From Octopus bimaculoides (lineage: Eukaryota), in NCBI RefSeq assembly GCF_001194135.2, contig NC_069008.1, forward strand, positions 17,283,639-17,347,638: DNA of 64,000 nt, read 5' to 3'. The translations under genes were made by a program, and so were the position numbers. The notes under the pieces are model-generated. The model had not been told where the DNA came from. It ran no database searches and was given only the letters and a program-made list of their open reading frames with translations. Of this stretch, positions 10,993-42,879 are shown one piece after another (position 1 is the first letter of the stretch; each line of letters begins with the position of its first letter).

Positions 10993-12787
10993 AAATAGTA
11001 AATGAGTATATGCATATATACGTACAGGTATGTGCATACCGACATCCACCTGTATGTNNNNNNNNNNNNNNNNNNNNNNNNNNNNNNNNNNNNNNNNNNN
11101 NNNNNNNNNNNNNNNNNNNNNNNNNNNNNNNNNNNNNNNNNNNNNNNNNNNNNNNNNNNNNNNNNNNNNNNNNNNNNNNNNNNNNNNNNNNNNNNNNNNN
11201 NNNNNNNNNNNNNNNNNNNNNNNNNNNNNNNNNNNNNNNNNNNNNNNNNNNNNNNNNNNNNNNNNNNNNNNNNNNNNNNNNNNNNNNNNNNNNNNNNNNN
11301 NNNNNNNNNNNNNNNNNNNNNNNNNNNNNNNNNNNNNNNNNNNNNNNNNNNNNNNNNNNNNNNNNNNNNNNNNNNNNNNNNNNNNNNNNNNNNNNNNNNN
11401 NNNNNNNNNNNNNNNNNNNNNNNNNNNNNNNNNNNNNNNNNNNNNNNNNNNNNNNNNNNNNNNNNNNNNNNNNNNNNNNNNNNNNNNNNNNNNNNNNNNN
11501 NNNNNNNNNNNNNNNNNNNNNNNNNNNNNNNNNNNNNNNNNNNNNNNNNNNNNNNNNNNNNNNNNNNNNNNNNNNNNNNNNNNNNNNNNNNNNNNNNNNN
11601 NNNNNNNNNNNNNNNNNNNNNNNNNNNNNNNNNNNNNNNNNNNNNNNNNNNNNNNNNNNNNNNNNNNNNNNNNNNNNNNNNNNNNNNNNNNNNNNNNNNN
11701 NNNNNNNNNNNNNNNNNNNNNNNNNNNNNNNNNNNNNNNNNNNNNNNNNNNNNNNNNNNNNNNNNNNNNNNNNNNNNNNNNNNNNNNNNNNNNNNNNNNT
11801 CTGCATGTTTGTTTTGACAACATTTTCTATTGATTTATCCTTAAATTGATCTCTCTTTCTCTCTCTCACCTCTCTTTCTTTCTCTCTCCTTTTCTCTCTC
11901 TCACCTCTCTTTCTTTCTCTCTCCTTCTCTCTCTCTCTCCTCTCTTTCTTTCTCTCTCCTTCTCTCCCTCCTTCTCTCTCTCATTCTCTCTTTTTCTCTC
12001 TCTCCCTTCTCCCTCTCCCTCCATCTCTTTCCTTCTTTCTCTCTCTCTTTCTCAATTTCCATCCTCTCTTCTTCCTTCACTCTTTCTCCTCTCAACCTCC
12101 CTCTTTCTCTCTCCTCTCATTTTCTCTCTCCTCCCCCTCTCCCCCCTCTCTTCTTCCTTCCATCTCTAACCCCTTTCACTTTCCAGACACCTCCTCCATC
12201 TCCCCCCACCTCACGCAATATATTATCCATGACTAAATACCTCAACTCCTTCTCTCTCCCTCTCTCTTTCGCAACTTCTTTCAAGCTGAGACATGACTTA
12301 TAGGCATGTATATATAATATACATACATATATGTGTGTGTGTATATATATATATATATNNNNNNNNNNNNNNNNNNNNNNNNNNNNNNNNNNNNNNNNNN
12401 NNNNNNNNNNNNNNNNNNNNNNNNNNNNNNNNNNNNNNNNNNNNNNNNNNNNNNNNNNNNNNNNNNNNNNNNNNNNNNNNNNNNNNNNNNNNNNNNNNNN
12501 NNNNNNNNNNNNNNNNNNNNNNNNNNNNNNNNNNNNNNNNNNNNNNNNNNNNNNNNNNNNNNNNNNNNNNNNNNNNNNNNNNNNNNNNNNNNNNNNNNNN
12601 NNNNNNNNNNNNNNNNNNNNNNNNNNNNNNNNNNNNNNNNNNNNNNNNNNNNNNNNNNNNNNNNNNNNNNNNNNNNNNNNNNNNNNNNNNNNNNNNNNNN
12701 NNNNNNNNNNNNNNNNNNNNNNNNNNNNNNNNNNNNNNNNNNNNNNNNNNNNNNNNNNNNNNNNNNNNNNNNNNNNNNNNNNNNNNN

Positions 12788-12838
<51 letters not shown>

Positions 12839-15800
12839 ACACCTCTATTCTCTGTTGCAGGTGAAACAACACCAAGAACTTCGACTGAAGGCGAAACACT
12901 TCCTCCCTCAACTGGTAAGTAGTGTGTGTGTGTGTGTGCATGCGTCTTTGCATCTACCTTTGTCCCACCATCACTGCTTGACAACCAGTGTTGGTGTATT
13001 TACATCCCTGTAACTTAGCAGTTCGGCAAAAGTGTCCGATAGAAATAAGCGTCAGGCTTAAAACAACAGCAAGTCCTGGAGTCGATTCATTCGATTGAAA
13101 ACTTTTTGAGGCAGTGCTGCAGCATGACTGCGGTCTGATGACTGAGTACAGTTTATTGTATTTTGTTATTTCAGAATTCCTCGCAGAAATACGGCAACGA
13201 GGTGTACATCATTGAGACATCGATCAGGGGGAGTGATAGCAGTGCATCCAACAGCATATTGATGTCTTCTGACCAGAGAAGCAGCAGCAACAATGATCAT
13301 GTGACAGGAGGGAAGTTCAGATACCAGAATGGCAACAGTAAACCAGGAAATGGTAATTAGATTGATTTCAACACTGTTGTTGTTGTTGGTGGTGGTGTTA
13401 TTACTCTGTTGTGAGTTCTTAATCTGTGTTGTGAGTTTTAAATGGTTGGATTATATTTCTGTTGAATTCCACAGTATTAGTTGAGATAATAATGATTGAT
13501 GAAGGAAATGGGAAGATAGATTTGTCGCTAGTCTTTATTCACTATGATGGTCATTTTGACCCATCCTGCAACTGTCCGTTATGGGTAGGATTCTGTGCAT
13601 CTGATTGTGTTGCATCGATCTGTGCAGTTTGTGTCATGTCAAGTACCAAGAACAACATGCCTTGGACATCTTTGACCATAAACCTATAATAAAGCTAGTT
13701 GTAGAATGAATGAACAGAGAAGAGTCCAAAGTCTGTGATACAGCCACCCAATCTGGAGAGAGTGGAGTCCTTCAATTCACCAAGAGAAATTTGCCCATAT
13801 GTTTGTATTTGCTAAAAATTTCTGATCTGGAATTCAGTAGTGCAGTGGAATTCTTAAATTGAAGAAGGATATACAATTTTTTAGCTGTACATAAGTTGCA
13901 TTTCTTAGATCCATTAACCTATGGTAGCATGTATCTTTCTAAATCCTGGGGCATCTCACATGGAATTTTTGATCCTTCAAAGTTATCTTGGTGTATATGA
14001 CCAACCTTTGGCTGTATATCTTTTTTCGTTTCTATCTACCAAATTCATTCACTACAGTGATTTAACATATACTGTTCTCTGCATGAAACATATTACCAGT
14101 AACTCAACTGTTCTTTTTTCCATGCAGATGGCAGGTCTGAGTAATTTATCCTCATGATTCATTCTGCCTTTGTTTTTGTATGTTATCTTGATAAATAACG
14201 ATAATGGTTAAGGTAACTTTATTTTTATTTAATATTTTGTTTATTTTTACTGTTTTTCCTCTTTTTAGGGAACAATTACCATTTGCCATTTCTGCAGACA
14301 TCAGAGAAATTGCAGAGACTTGTCCGAGTGGGACCACCACATCAGAATCTGAAACACATCAATCCAACCCCGCTTGACCCATCCTCAAACTCAAATTCAG
14401 ATACCTACTTAGGTTCCCCTACGTACCAGTTGGGGTCCAAACTTGTGAACGATTCAAACTATTACTTAGAAGAAGTTGCCATGGGAACCAAATTATACTC
14501 GCCGCCATCGCTGTCACTCTCACCGACACACCGCAACAATCGGCGGCGTCGCCGTCAGCGCCGCATTCCTGCAAGGTCAGTGCCGAGGAGCGACCCGGTG
14601 TCACGAAATGTTGCTGGCAACGACGACGATGATGATGATGACAATGATGATGACGATGACGATGACGATGTTCTGCCTGCGATTCACTCTTACTCTGAGC
14701 CTCCCCACTTCTCCCATCCCCACTTCCGCTCCCCCTACATTCACTCCTATCCGTATCTCATCAACGACATGGTGATGCTCCCCATGAGTCGATCCCCTCG
14801 CAATTCGAACCGACGAGCACGCTACAACAACAACAAAAACAACAACAACAACAGCAACAACAACAACAAGGATTACGACGACAACAACAGCAACGACAAC
14901 GGCGACACCCGGCAGAGTCGAAGTCCAAACACAAGAGCTTCTTTACCTGCTGATCTTTCCCAACGTTCCACAAGGTAAGAAGAGATGGAAATGCTATCAT
15001 TGTCATCACCATCATCATCCTCGTCATCATCATCATCATCATCATCGTCGTCGTTGTCATCACCATCGTTACTATCATCACCACCATAAGCATCAATATC
15101 ACCACCATCACTACCACTACCATCATCATCATCATCATCACCACCATCATCATTATCATCACCATCATCACCACCACCACCATCATCACCATCATCATTG
15201 TCGTCATCATCATCATCATCATTGTCATCACCATCATCATCCTCATCATAATCATTGTCGTCATCGCCATCGTTACTATCATCACCACAATAAGCATCAA
15301 TATCGCCACCATCACTACCACTACCATCATCATCATCATCATCACCATATATCAGTTAACAACCCTCACCTGTTTCCAAGTAAAATTAAAACCTTCCCAA
15401 ATTCTTCCAGGAAGTCTGGAAACAAACATTCTTGTTTATCGGACAATGACACTTGTTTGCAACTCTTGCATCATTACTTGTGATGTCTTCATCGTATTTT
15501 TTCTTTTGTAGACGATCCAAAGAAAAGCCTAAACCTGAGGGCAACACAACAAGTGACACAAGAACCATGACAGACGGCAAAGAAGGGGAGGAGGATGAAG
15601 TGAGACATAACCCAACTGATGAGAAACGCTTACGAGAATTGAGGGCCAGAGAGAAACTGAAGCGGGAACAGGAGGAACAAGAGAGATGGGAGAGGTTGGA
15701 CAACGAACAACAGAATTTGGAATTGGGGCTCACGAAGGGAGTTCAGGAAAAGCTGCAGCAGGAAGAGGGTGGCGATGATGGAGAGGGGCCAGGGGAGGGT

Positions 15801-16694
15801 CAACAGGGAGAACGTCTGTCCCCGCGGAAAAAGAACAAGGCAGAAACTGGGAAAGGGAAAGGGAAAGAGCGAGGGGAGGAGGGAGAAGAGGAAGGGGAGG
15901 ACGGGGATAACGAGAAAGAAGAGAACGGGGAGGAGAAAGCAGAGGAGGTAAAGGGAGAAGAAGCTGAAGATGGAGTTGGAGACGGGGAAGAAGAAGAGGA
16001 AGCAGAATTGGCAGAGAATAACACCGAAAGAGATTCACGGAATGAGAACAGCTTCCGGCCGGAACCAGATACTGAAACCACTTCCAAAAAGGGACAATCT
16101 GTAAGTAGCCTACGCTTAATGATGATGATGATGATGATAATAATAATAATAATAATAATAATGATAAATAAATAAATAAATGCCCGGATGCAGTACTAGG
16201 CAGTGGCTCTCATGGCTTCTGATCTTAATTGATTGGAAATGTTATCATGTACATTGTTTTGTCTTGGTATAAAAAGATGGCCTACAGGAAACTATATATC
16301 ATTCTGGTTTTCTATATATTGCTAGCAGGGAGGTGAGTTGCTCTTATCTCTAAGCAGTCGAGCCTCCCTCATCGATGAAACAAAGGAAGGTCGAAATCAC
16401 GTGATCTACGGGTCACAGCACCAGAGTTGATGAGGATTTATCTCCCCACATTTTATGCATTTTACACCAAAAGCTATGATGAGAGCTTCTCTTGCGGCAC
16501 CCACCACAGTATAGCTTGTTCTAACATCCATGTTTAAGTGGGAATAAATATTACCTCTCACTTTATTTTGTGGGGTTTTTTTTTTCTTGTATTTATATAC
16601 GTATTCTTTCTCTTCTTCTAGTTGACCCCAGCTCAGAAAACTGCCGAACCTGAAACTGCTCGATCAAAACAAAAGAATGAGAGTAAGTATAGAT

Positions 16695-16749
<55 letters not shown>

Positions 16750-18912
16750 TATATATATACACAAATATATATATATATATATATACACGTTGGACCACTG
16801 AACTCAACATGATTTTTTTTTAGTAGTAGTAGTAGTAACGTCTGTGAAAGCTCATATGTTGACTTGTCAGAATTCTCTCATCTGCAGCTGAAAAACTCCA
16901 AGAGATGCTAGAATCGATTCGAGAACAACGGAAATCAAAGGAACGGCAGAGAGAAGAATTAGTGAAACGGGCCAAAACATTGCAGGCCAAAATACAGAAC
17001 CGAAGAAACCATGGTAAGATCTGTACTTTCTCAAATCTTAACCCTTTTCTTACCATATTTCTATTGAGACCGTCAATAAGACCGACCCCAGTACACAACT
17101 GATACTTTATTTATCGACCCTGAAAGATTGAAAAGCAAAGTCGGCCTTGGAATTTGAACTCAGAACATTGCGACGGGTGAAATACCACTAAGTGTTTCAC
17201 CCAGCATGTTAACGATTCTGCGAGCTTGCCGCCTTAATAATAATAATAATAATAATAATATTTATAATGAATAGAACAATAATAATTGTAAGTGACATTG
17301 TAATGTTTATTATATTGACCAGCGAGGGACATTTGGAAGAAAAAATACTACGAAGAGAAAAAGAAGACGCCACCCCTGGAAGAACAATGCAACAAACTGC
17401 GTCACGAGCTGGATGTGATACATCGTAAATATATTTCTTCTCTGGAACCAGCGAAGGAGAAACCGACAAAGATAACGACTAAGAAACCATCTGAGAAGGT
17501 AAGTGGAGGGGAAATATTACCTTGCTTGGAAACAGGTAAGGGTTGGTGACAGGAAGAGCATCCAGCTGTAGAAAAAATTTGCCTCAATAAACATCATCTG
17601 AAAGTAAACATTAAAATGATGATATATATTTTTCATTGTTTTAATATCAACTTTCCCATGCTGGCCTGGATCAGACGGAGATTATTGAGGAGGATTTTTT
17701 GCAGTTGGATGCCCTTTCTGTCAACAATTTTGGCACATACAATTTTCTTATATGCATCTGTATTGACTTTACTCATTGTTGATGTCATTCCCTACATAGG
17801 CATAATTGTAATTTTAATCTGTTAATAATATATTTCTGTGTTTTTTTTAACACTGTATGTCGTGAGATGTTATCTGAAGATGAATACCACAATTTATCAG
17901 GCATTCAACAACATATCTGCTTTAAGTATGATACACAACCAGCTGTTTTGAACTAATATTGGTTCTGTCACCCATTCCGAATTTTATATTCTTTGCAACT
18001 CTTTCATTTTCACTGCCCAGGAATTAATCTCTCCACTTACCCGCCTACCCATTAACGTACCCAATTTTCTTCCAGAACAACATCCTTATCCAGGCGAGCC
18101 GTCTGAAACACGAGACAGAAGATTTACAACATCGAGTTGATAATGCAAAGATGAAGCTGACAGCTGAACTAAAGGTAAAACTATTGTCTTTGCTTCCAGT
18201 TTGTTTTTTTATCTTTTCAAGTCTAACGAAGGTACAAAAGGTTCTTTGTGTTCATCTCCAACATTTTTCTAGGACATTAATTTCACAAGATTCATTTTTT
18301 TTTCAAATTTTTCAAATTTCACTTGGAAAGGAAGTTGAGGATGGAGAGGGATGTTTGTTGAAAGGTGGGGGTGAATGTTGGAAGAATGGCCAGTGTGAAA
18401 GGACCAATTCTGAATATACACCTGTAAAAAGAAAAAAAAAAGAAAAAAGGATAAGGGCTCTTGCCCTTTTGTTCAGGTACCCGTGGCTTTTGTGGGAATT
18501 TCCACGAGGACCTTAAAGCGCCTCCCCTATTGGGAGTTTAATTTTTAACTTATTTATATTGTTTACACATTGTAAAACCCATTGTATCTTCCTGTTTTTG
18601 TCTTTTTTGTTGTATGTCTTTTAATGTTATTTTATGTGAGCCCTTGTGGCTAATAAAAGAATGAATTATTATTACTATTATTATTATTATTATTATTATA
18701 AACTATTTCTTTTTGTTTGTTTTTAACAGTTGAGAAACCAGACTGAAATTGAACTGAAAGCCCTGAAAGGCGAATTAATTCAACAAAAGATCAACTTGAA
18801 TTTGATCCGTAAACAACAGCTGTCAAGCATTATGACCCCAGGAGGGACCCCTGCAGCCAGCCAAGATATGCTCATTGCAATCAAACAACCCATAATACAA
18901 ACTACAAAATGA
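8581..18912 (+). CDS. SPATA1: Spermatogenesis-associated protein 1 homolog, 11 coding exons, ~798 aa if the ATG at 8581 is the start
   Basis: Exons 8581-8687, 9328-9445, 12861-12914, 13175-13352, 14269-14974, 15512-16100, 16622-16682, 16888-17013, 17323-17498, 18076-18174, 18730-18912 join in frame (2397 nt, GT-AG). N-terminus [32 protein letters not shown] and C-terminus [19 protein letters not shown] match recalled SPATA1 motifs. An upstream exon is possible because the ATG directly follows an acceptor. Confidence 0.85.
9019..9062 (-). ncRNA. Minimal hammerhead-like motif, decayed stem I
   Basis: CTGAAGA-a-GGC..GCC-GAAA-CG-TT on the minus strand. Confidence 0.45.
9328..9445 (+). CDS. SPATA1: SPATA1 exon 2
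   Basis: [39 protein letters not shown]; aacag| ... |gtaagc. Confidence 0.9.
9970..10195 (+). mobile_element. tRNA-derived SINE family A (representative copy)
   Basis: A-box-like GGTGAGCTGGCAGAA and B-box GAGTTCAAATTCC with (ATT)n tail. Many copies on both strands, e.g. 5800-6160, 17085-17235, 21180-21550, 24165-24360, 28155-28750, 32090-32530, 33655-33870, 40320-40520, 45050-45235, 57730-58090, 59190-59560. Confidence 0.85.
10753..10797 (+). ncRNA. Type I hammerhead ribozyme motif (minimal, Penelope type) in SPATA1 intron 2
   Basis: ggacca-CTGATGA-g-GTCACA gaag TGTGAC-GAAA-gaac-TC-tggcc; predicted cleavage after C10792. Confidence 0.7.
12861..12914 (+). CDS. SPATA1: SPATA1 exon 3
   Basis: [18 protein letters not shown]; ttgcag| ... 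|gtaagt. Confidence 0.9.
13175..13352 (+). CDS. SPATA1: SPATA1 exon 4
   Basis: [14 protein letters not shown]...PGN; tttcag| ... g|gtaatt. Confidence 0.75.
14269..14974 (+). CDS. SPATA1: SPATA1 exon 5 (large, low complexity)
   Basis: Open frame with poly-D and poly-N tracts; ttttag|gg is phase-compatible with exon 4; donor ag|gtaaga. Confidence 0.7.
15512..16100 (+). CDS. SPATA1: SPATA1 exon 6 (E/G/K-rich)
   Basis: [10 protein letters not shown]...KKGQS; ttgtag| ... |gtaagt. Confidence 0.8.
16622..16682 (+). CDS. SPATA1: SPATA1 exon 7
   Basis: [20 protein letters not shown]; ttctag| ... a|gtaagt. Confidence 0.75.
16888..17013 (+). CDS. SPATA1: SPATA1 exon 8 (coiled coil)
   Basis: [41 protein letters not shown]. 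Confidence 0.9.
17323..17498 (+). CDS. SPATA1: SPATA1 exon 9
   Basis: [31 protein letters not shown]...PSEK; below the ORF-track threshold. Confidence 0.9.
18076..18174 (+). CDS. SPATA1: SPATA1 exon 10
   Basis: [33 protein letters not shown]. Confidence 0.9.
18730..18912 (+). CDS. SPATA1: SPATA1 last coding exon
   Basis: [20 protein letters not shown]...IQTTK*. Confidence 0.88.
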   Translation: MRNQTEIELKALKGELIQQKINLNLIRKQQLSSIMTPGGTPAASQDMLIAIKQPIIQTTK

Positions 18913-19649
18913 AACAGAAACACATCTCGAATCATTTGGAAAACTATTTGTTATATATGCATACAATACATACATGTATATATATATATATATACATACA
19001 TATATTTATATATATATATTGTTTAATGTACACATTATACAGTTATGAACTAATAGTTTCATACATTGGAGGTGCTTTCTAGACAGGTTTTAATAATACA
19101 TGTAGTGTCTCCAAGCAATCTACAGGCTTTGAGCACACGGTACAGATATATAAATAACATATGGTATAATTACAAACAGGACATATTTTAGCCATTTCTC
19201 CACAGACTGAAAAAAATGATGAACATCCTTAATCTATTATACGAAACCTTATTGGTTTCTCATCAGAGGCGTCTACTTCAATCTGACAGTCTCTGGTGAA
19301 ACAAGCAGCCAAACTGTTTATATACTCAACAAATGCAGCAGTTACTCTATGAAGGAGTCCCTAATTTGCATACCGAAAGTGTTTAACACTATAAATACCA
19401 GCAGCCTGTGGATAGGGATCTTAGTCTACACAGTATCAAGGTATGATATAATGTATGTGCAACATGTAGTATAATATATATACAATGGTTTAGGCCATGT
19501 GCTCAGAGCCTGGGATTGCTTGGAGATACTAGGCATGTTATAAAAACCTGCCTAGATAATATCTCCAGTGTATGAAACTGTTAAACAATATTTCTCTCTC
19601 ACCGGATGGAGTACTTTTTTGTTGATCTTAACTTTACAGAAAAGCAAAC

Positions 19650-19685
<36 letters not shown>

Positions 19686-19804
19686 AGCATATGCATATAG
19701 AACATATGTATATTGATACATAAACATACATATATGAACAAATATGAACACTATATGCAGTAAGCATAAATATATGAATGTACATATATAAAATATATAC
19801 ACAC

Positions 19805-19846
<42 letters not shown>

Positions 19847-20136
19847 CATGCNNNNNNNNNNAACTGACAAATGAAAAGGCTTTGAAACCTTCAAAGATTA
19901 TATATACACACATATATATACTCACTTGATGTGACATAATCCAATATTGCTAAAATCCTCGAAAGTAACTATGAAACACACTCACACACACATACGTATA
20001 CAGCTCATCCCACACATACATATACACATACCTGTATGTGTGTAATATTTTGATTGGATGGTCATATAAATTCTTTTTAAATTGTTACATATACATGTAT
20101 AAACCTATAAATTTCATTGTTGTTGTTGCTGTTATT

Positions 20137-20338
20137 GTTTAACCACAGGTCAGTCCTGATCCAGCAAACCTCTGATCAAAGATGTTCCAGCAGTGACCAT
20201 CCCATCTTTTATTGAGCCACAGTGTATCTAGGACTACATTATCTAATGTGTCCATCTCTGTTGTTGTTTAACCCCAGGTCAGTCCTGATCCAGCAAACCT
20301 CTGATCAAAGATGTTCCAGCGGTGACCATCCCATCTTT
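20137..20338 (-). repeat. Tandem pair of retroposon 3'-end fragments (~127-bp spacing)
   Basis: Two near-identical copies of ttgtttaacc.caggtcagtcctgatccagcaaacctctgatcaaagatgttccagc.gtgaccatcccatcttt. Confidence 0.8.
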
Positions 20339-20344
20339 GAGATG

Positions 20345-20610
20345 TACGAGGTCTGATCAATAAGTATCCAGACTGTTGCCATAGTAACGAAGCTGAGGCA
20401 TGCAGAGGGAAGCCGCATGGCACAGACTGACCTTGGACTTTACTGTGCATGTGCACCAAGTTTTAACGTTCTAGCTCACATCCGTTGTTTACAGCAGTGC
20501 TTGGAAGGAAGGTGTGTAGCGTGTCATTTCCTTTTCAGAACTGCAAGATGGTATTTGAGGTAGATTTAGCTTGCCACTTGAGTACAATGGCCAGAAATTG
20601 GAATTTAATG
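20345..20610 (+). mobile_element. Mariner-like DNA transposon 5' fragment
   Basis: Starts TA-CGAGGTCTGATCAATAAGTATCCAGACT, a mariner-type terminal repeat; no matching second end seen. Confidence 0.5.
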
Positions 20611-22045
20611 AAGCATATATATATATATATATATGCACACACACACACCCACCCATCTATGTATGTGTGTGTGTGTGTGTGTTTGTCCCCTCACCATCGC
20701 TTGACAACCTGTGCTGGTGTGTTTACGTCCCTGTAACTAAGCAGCTCAGCAAAAAGAGACTGATAGAATAAGCACCAGGCTTTAAAAAATTAGTACTGGA
20801 GTAAATTCGTGTGACTTAAAAATTATTCCCTGCAGTGCCCCAGCATGACCACAGTCTAATGGCTGAAACAAGTAAAAAATATACATTAAAAAAAACACTA
20901 ATAAACAAAAATTTAATTTACCACAAAAAAATTTTTTTTTTTTTATTTCAAAATTTCCAAAAAAAAAAAAAAAAAAAAAAAAAAGGAAAGAAAAAACATC
21001 TAGAGTAATTTTAAATTAAATGTCAATGGTTTAGTTCTATGTACATAAGTCTCGTTACTATATCACATCATTAGTCAGGAGGAGGAGGAGGAGGGAGAAA
21101 GGGAGGAGGAAGAGAAGTGGCAGAGGATGGAAGGAGGGGTAGAATATTTAGAGACAATATTGTTGTAATAATAATAATAAGTCCCTTCTACTATAGGCAC
21201 AAGGCCTGAAATTTTGGGGAAAGGGAAATAGTCAATTACATCGACCCCAGTGTGTAACTGGTACATAACTTACCGACACCGGCAGAATTTGAACTCAGAA
21301 CAAAAAGATGAATAACAATAATAATAATAATAATCCTTTCTGCTATAGGCACCAAGCCTGGATTTTGTGGGGAGGGGGACAGTCAATCACATCAACCTCG
21401 GTGTTCAACTGGTACTTATTTTATCGACCCCGAAAGGACAAAAGGCAAAGTCGACCTCAGCAGAATTTGAACTTAGAATGTAAGGATGAATGAAATGCCA
21501 CTAAGCATTTTACCTGGCGTGCTAACAAGCTCAGCCAGCTTGCATGCCGCCTTAATAATAGTAATAATAATAATTATTATTATTATTATTATTTAGGCGC
21601 AGGGCCAGCAATTTTTTGATGGGATAGTGTTAGTTGATAACCGCAACCTCAATATTGAGCTGGTACCTTATTTTATCAATCTCTGTTGTGGAGAAGAGAA
21701 CAGTGGATAGGACCAACCACAGTATTTCACTGGTATACAATATCAACGCCTGTTCACAGACATAAAAGGTAAATTCTACCCAAACAGAAAACTGTTTTTG
21801 TAACATGAATAAGCATTTAACCCTTTCGATACCAACACCTCTGGCTCTGAAGTACAATTGTCTTGTTTTCAAAAGTTCTCAAAATCTTCCACCAAACCTT
21901 AGTCACAATTTATGTTCCTAACACTAGATGAATGATAACGAAGTTATTTTACTAAATTCTTTGTTATATTTAAAATTATTTGCAAGAAACACAGAGCATC
22001 TCAACAGAAATATGGTACATAACTGGACTTTGCTCAGACTATTCT

Positions 22046-22084
22046 TTCATCTGAAGATGGGCCTTCGCCCGAAATATAAAGATT
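22046..22084 (+). ncRNA. Minimal hammerhead-like motif, weak stem I
   Basis: CTGAAGA-t-GGGC cttc GCCC-GAAA-ta-TA; stem III is the palindrome ATAT. Confidence 0.45.
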
Positions 22085-22143
22085 TTATAAAACTCTCTTT
22101 TTATCTTCTTTAATATAACAATGCTTCAAGCAAACTACAACAC

Positions 22144-22179
<36 letters not shown>

Positions 22180-22744
22180 CTAACATACATCCTTAATGAC
22201 AGTAGTGAACATGCACACACACACACACACACACACACCTATGTTTCCAAGGGTGAATTATCCAAACCCCAAAGAATACCTCTCAACACATGGCTATGAT
22301 GCTCCCCCACTACTTCTGCTCGTGATCAGAGATACACATATCGTCAGCCACCAAGGGACATTCTCAACTGGTTAAGGTCAAACAACTGACAAGCAAATCT
22401 GTGGTGTTAAGCAGAATATTTTGCTGTAGGCCATCTTTTACACCAGGACAAAATTCAGTTAAGACCAGAAGCCATAAGAGCCATTATTATTATTATTATT
22501 ACTATTATTATTAATATTGTCTAATATTAGCACAAAGCCACAAATTTTTGAGGTAGGATATAGTCAACTGAATCCCTCAATACACAGCTGGTACTTAATA
22601 AATGAAAAGTAACATTAACCCTGACATGTAAAGAGACCTGGACTGATATTATAAACCTGTTTGTCCCATTTTCTACCAATTTTGAAATTGTATCAGCCAA
22701 TTTACTAATTCAGCAATTTTGAATGTCAGTCTACAAATTTTTTT

Positions 22745-22965
22745 TTCTATTAATCAGCCAATTTTGCAATTTAATCTGCCAACCCCCCAATTCTGTGATT
22801 TAGCTTGTCAGTTTACCATTTCTACAATGTAGCCTGCCAATCTACCAATTCAGCCAGCCATTCTACCTTTTCTACAATTTTGCCTGCCAATCTACCAATT
22901 CTGCAATTTAGCCTGCCAATCTACCAATTCTGCAATTTAGCCTGCCAATCTACCAATTCTGCATC
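22745..22965. repeat. 29-bp minisatellite
   Basis: Unit aatctaccaattctgcaatttagcctgcc, degrading leftward. Confidence 0.85.
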
Positions 22966-23696
22966 CTTAGCAATAATGATTGAAAAAAAAACTAAAGGAA
23001 AAATCTTTTGTCATGGTGTAAATAGGGGCCGCTGGAGTAAATAATGTTAAAGTTAGGGGTTGGGAGATAAGGGCCATAGGCAGCAAACATGAAGGTTATT
23101 AGAAAGGGAGTAATAAAACTGAGCTGCATGGGGTGGGGGAAGTTTAGTTTTTAAGGGGACAGACAGTATAGTAGTGTTTAATGAAGCAAAACGTTTTTAA
23201 GGGGTCACAGTACAGTGTTTTATCAAGCAAGGAGTTCTTAAGGGGTTGCAAATAGTTAAGGGGACAATACAGTGTTTAACCAAACAAGGAATCTGAAAGG
23301 AGGCATCATGTGCCTCTTGCCCCCTGCTCCCCCTCCTCCACCAAGACTTTTGTCAGCCAATCCTGTCCTGATCAAGGGCTATGGCGGGGCCCTATGCCCA
23401 ACCCAGGACAACCATCTCCAACCCAGAAGTGCCCTATGAAATGCAAACTGATCCCTAAATACAGACTTGACTGTGGGTATGCGTTGAAATCTAGATAAAA
23501 TAGGGGTCAGAAAAAGGAGTGGAAGGTAGGAAGAAGACAAAAAGAGAAAAAGAAAAAAAGGAAAGAAATTGGAAAAATATTTACAGATATGGATATATTT
23601 AGTATATAGTAGGGCTGGGGGGGGATTGAGGGGGGAGAAATGGGAGTAAGGAGAGAGGAAGAGAGAGAGAGAGACAAGAGAGGGAAAGAGGAGCAA

Positions 23697-23735
<39 letters not shown>

Positions 23736-23821
23736 CAGTGAGGGGAAGGAGAGAGATGCGCAGGTGCTAACTAAAGAGGGCTTAACGAGCCAGATTAATA
23801 ACAATTAAAATGGAAGAGATT

Positions 23822-42879
<19,058 letters not shown>

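Noticed and set aside
17868-17915. CTGAAGA-T-GAAT..ATTC hammerhead-like start
   Set aside because: No GAAA or cleavage site follows.
19225-19273. Minus-strand CTGATGA with a 6-bp stem gaaacc/ggtttc
   Set aside because: GAAA is replaced by GTAT and stem III is not recognisable.
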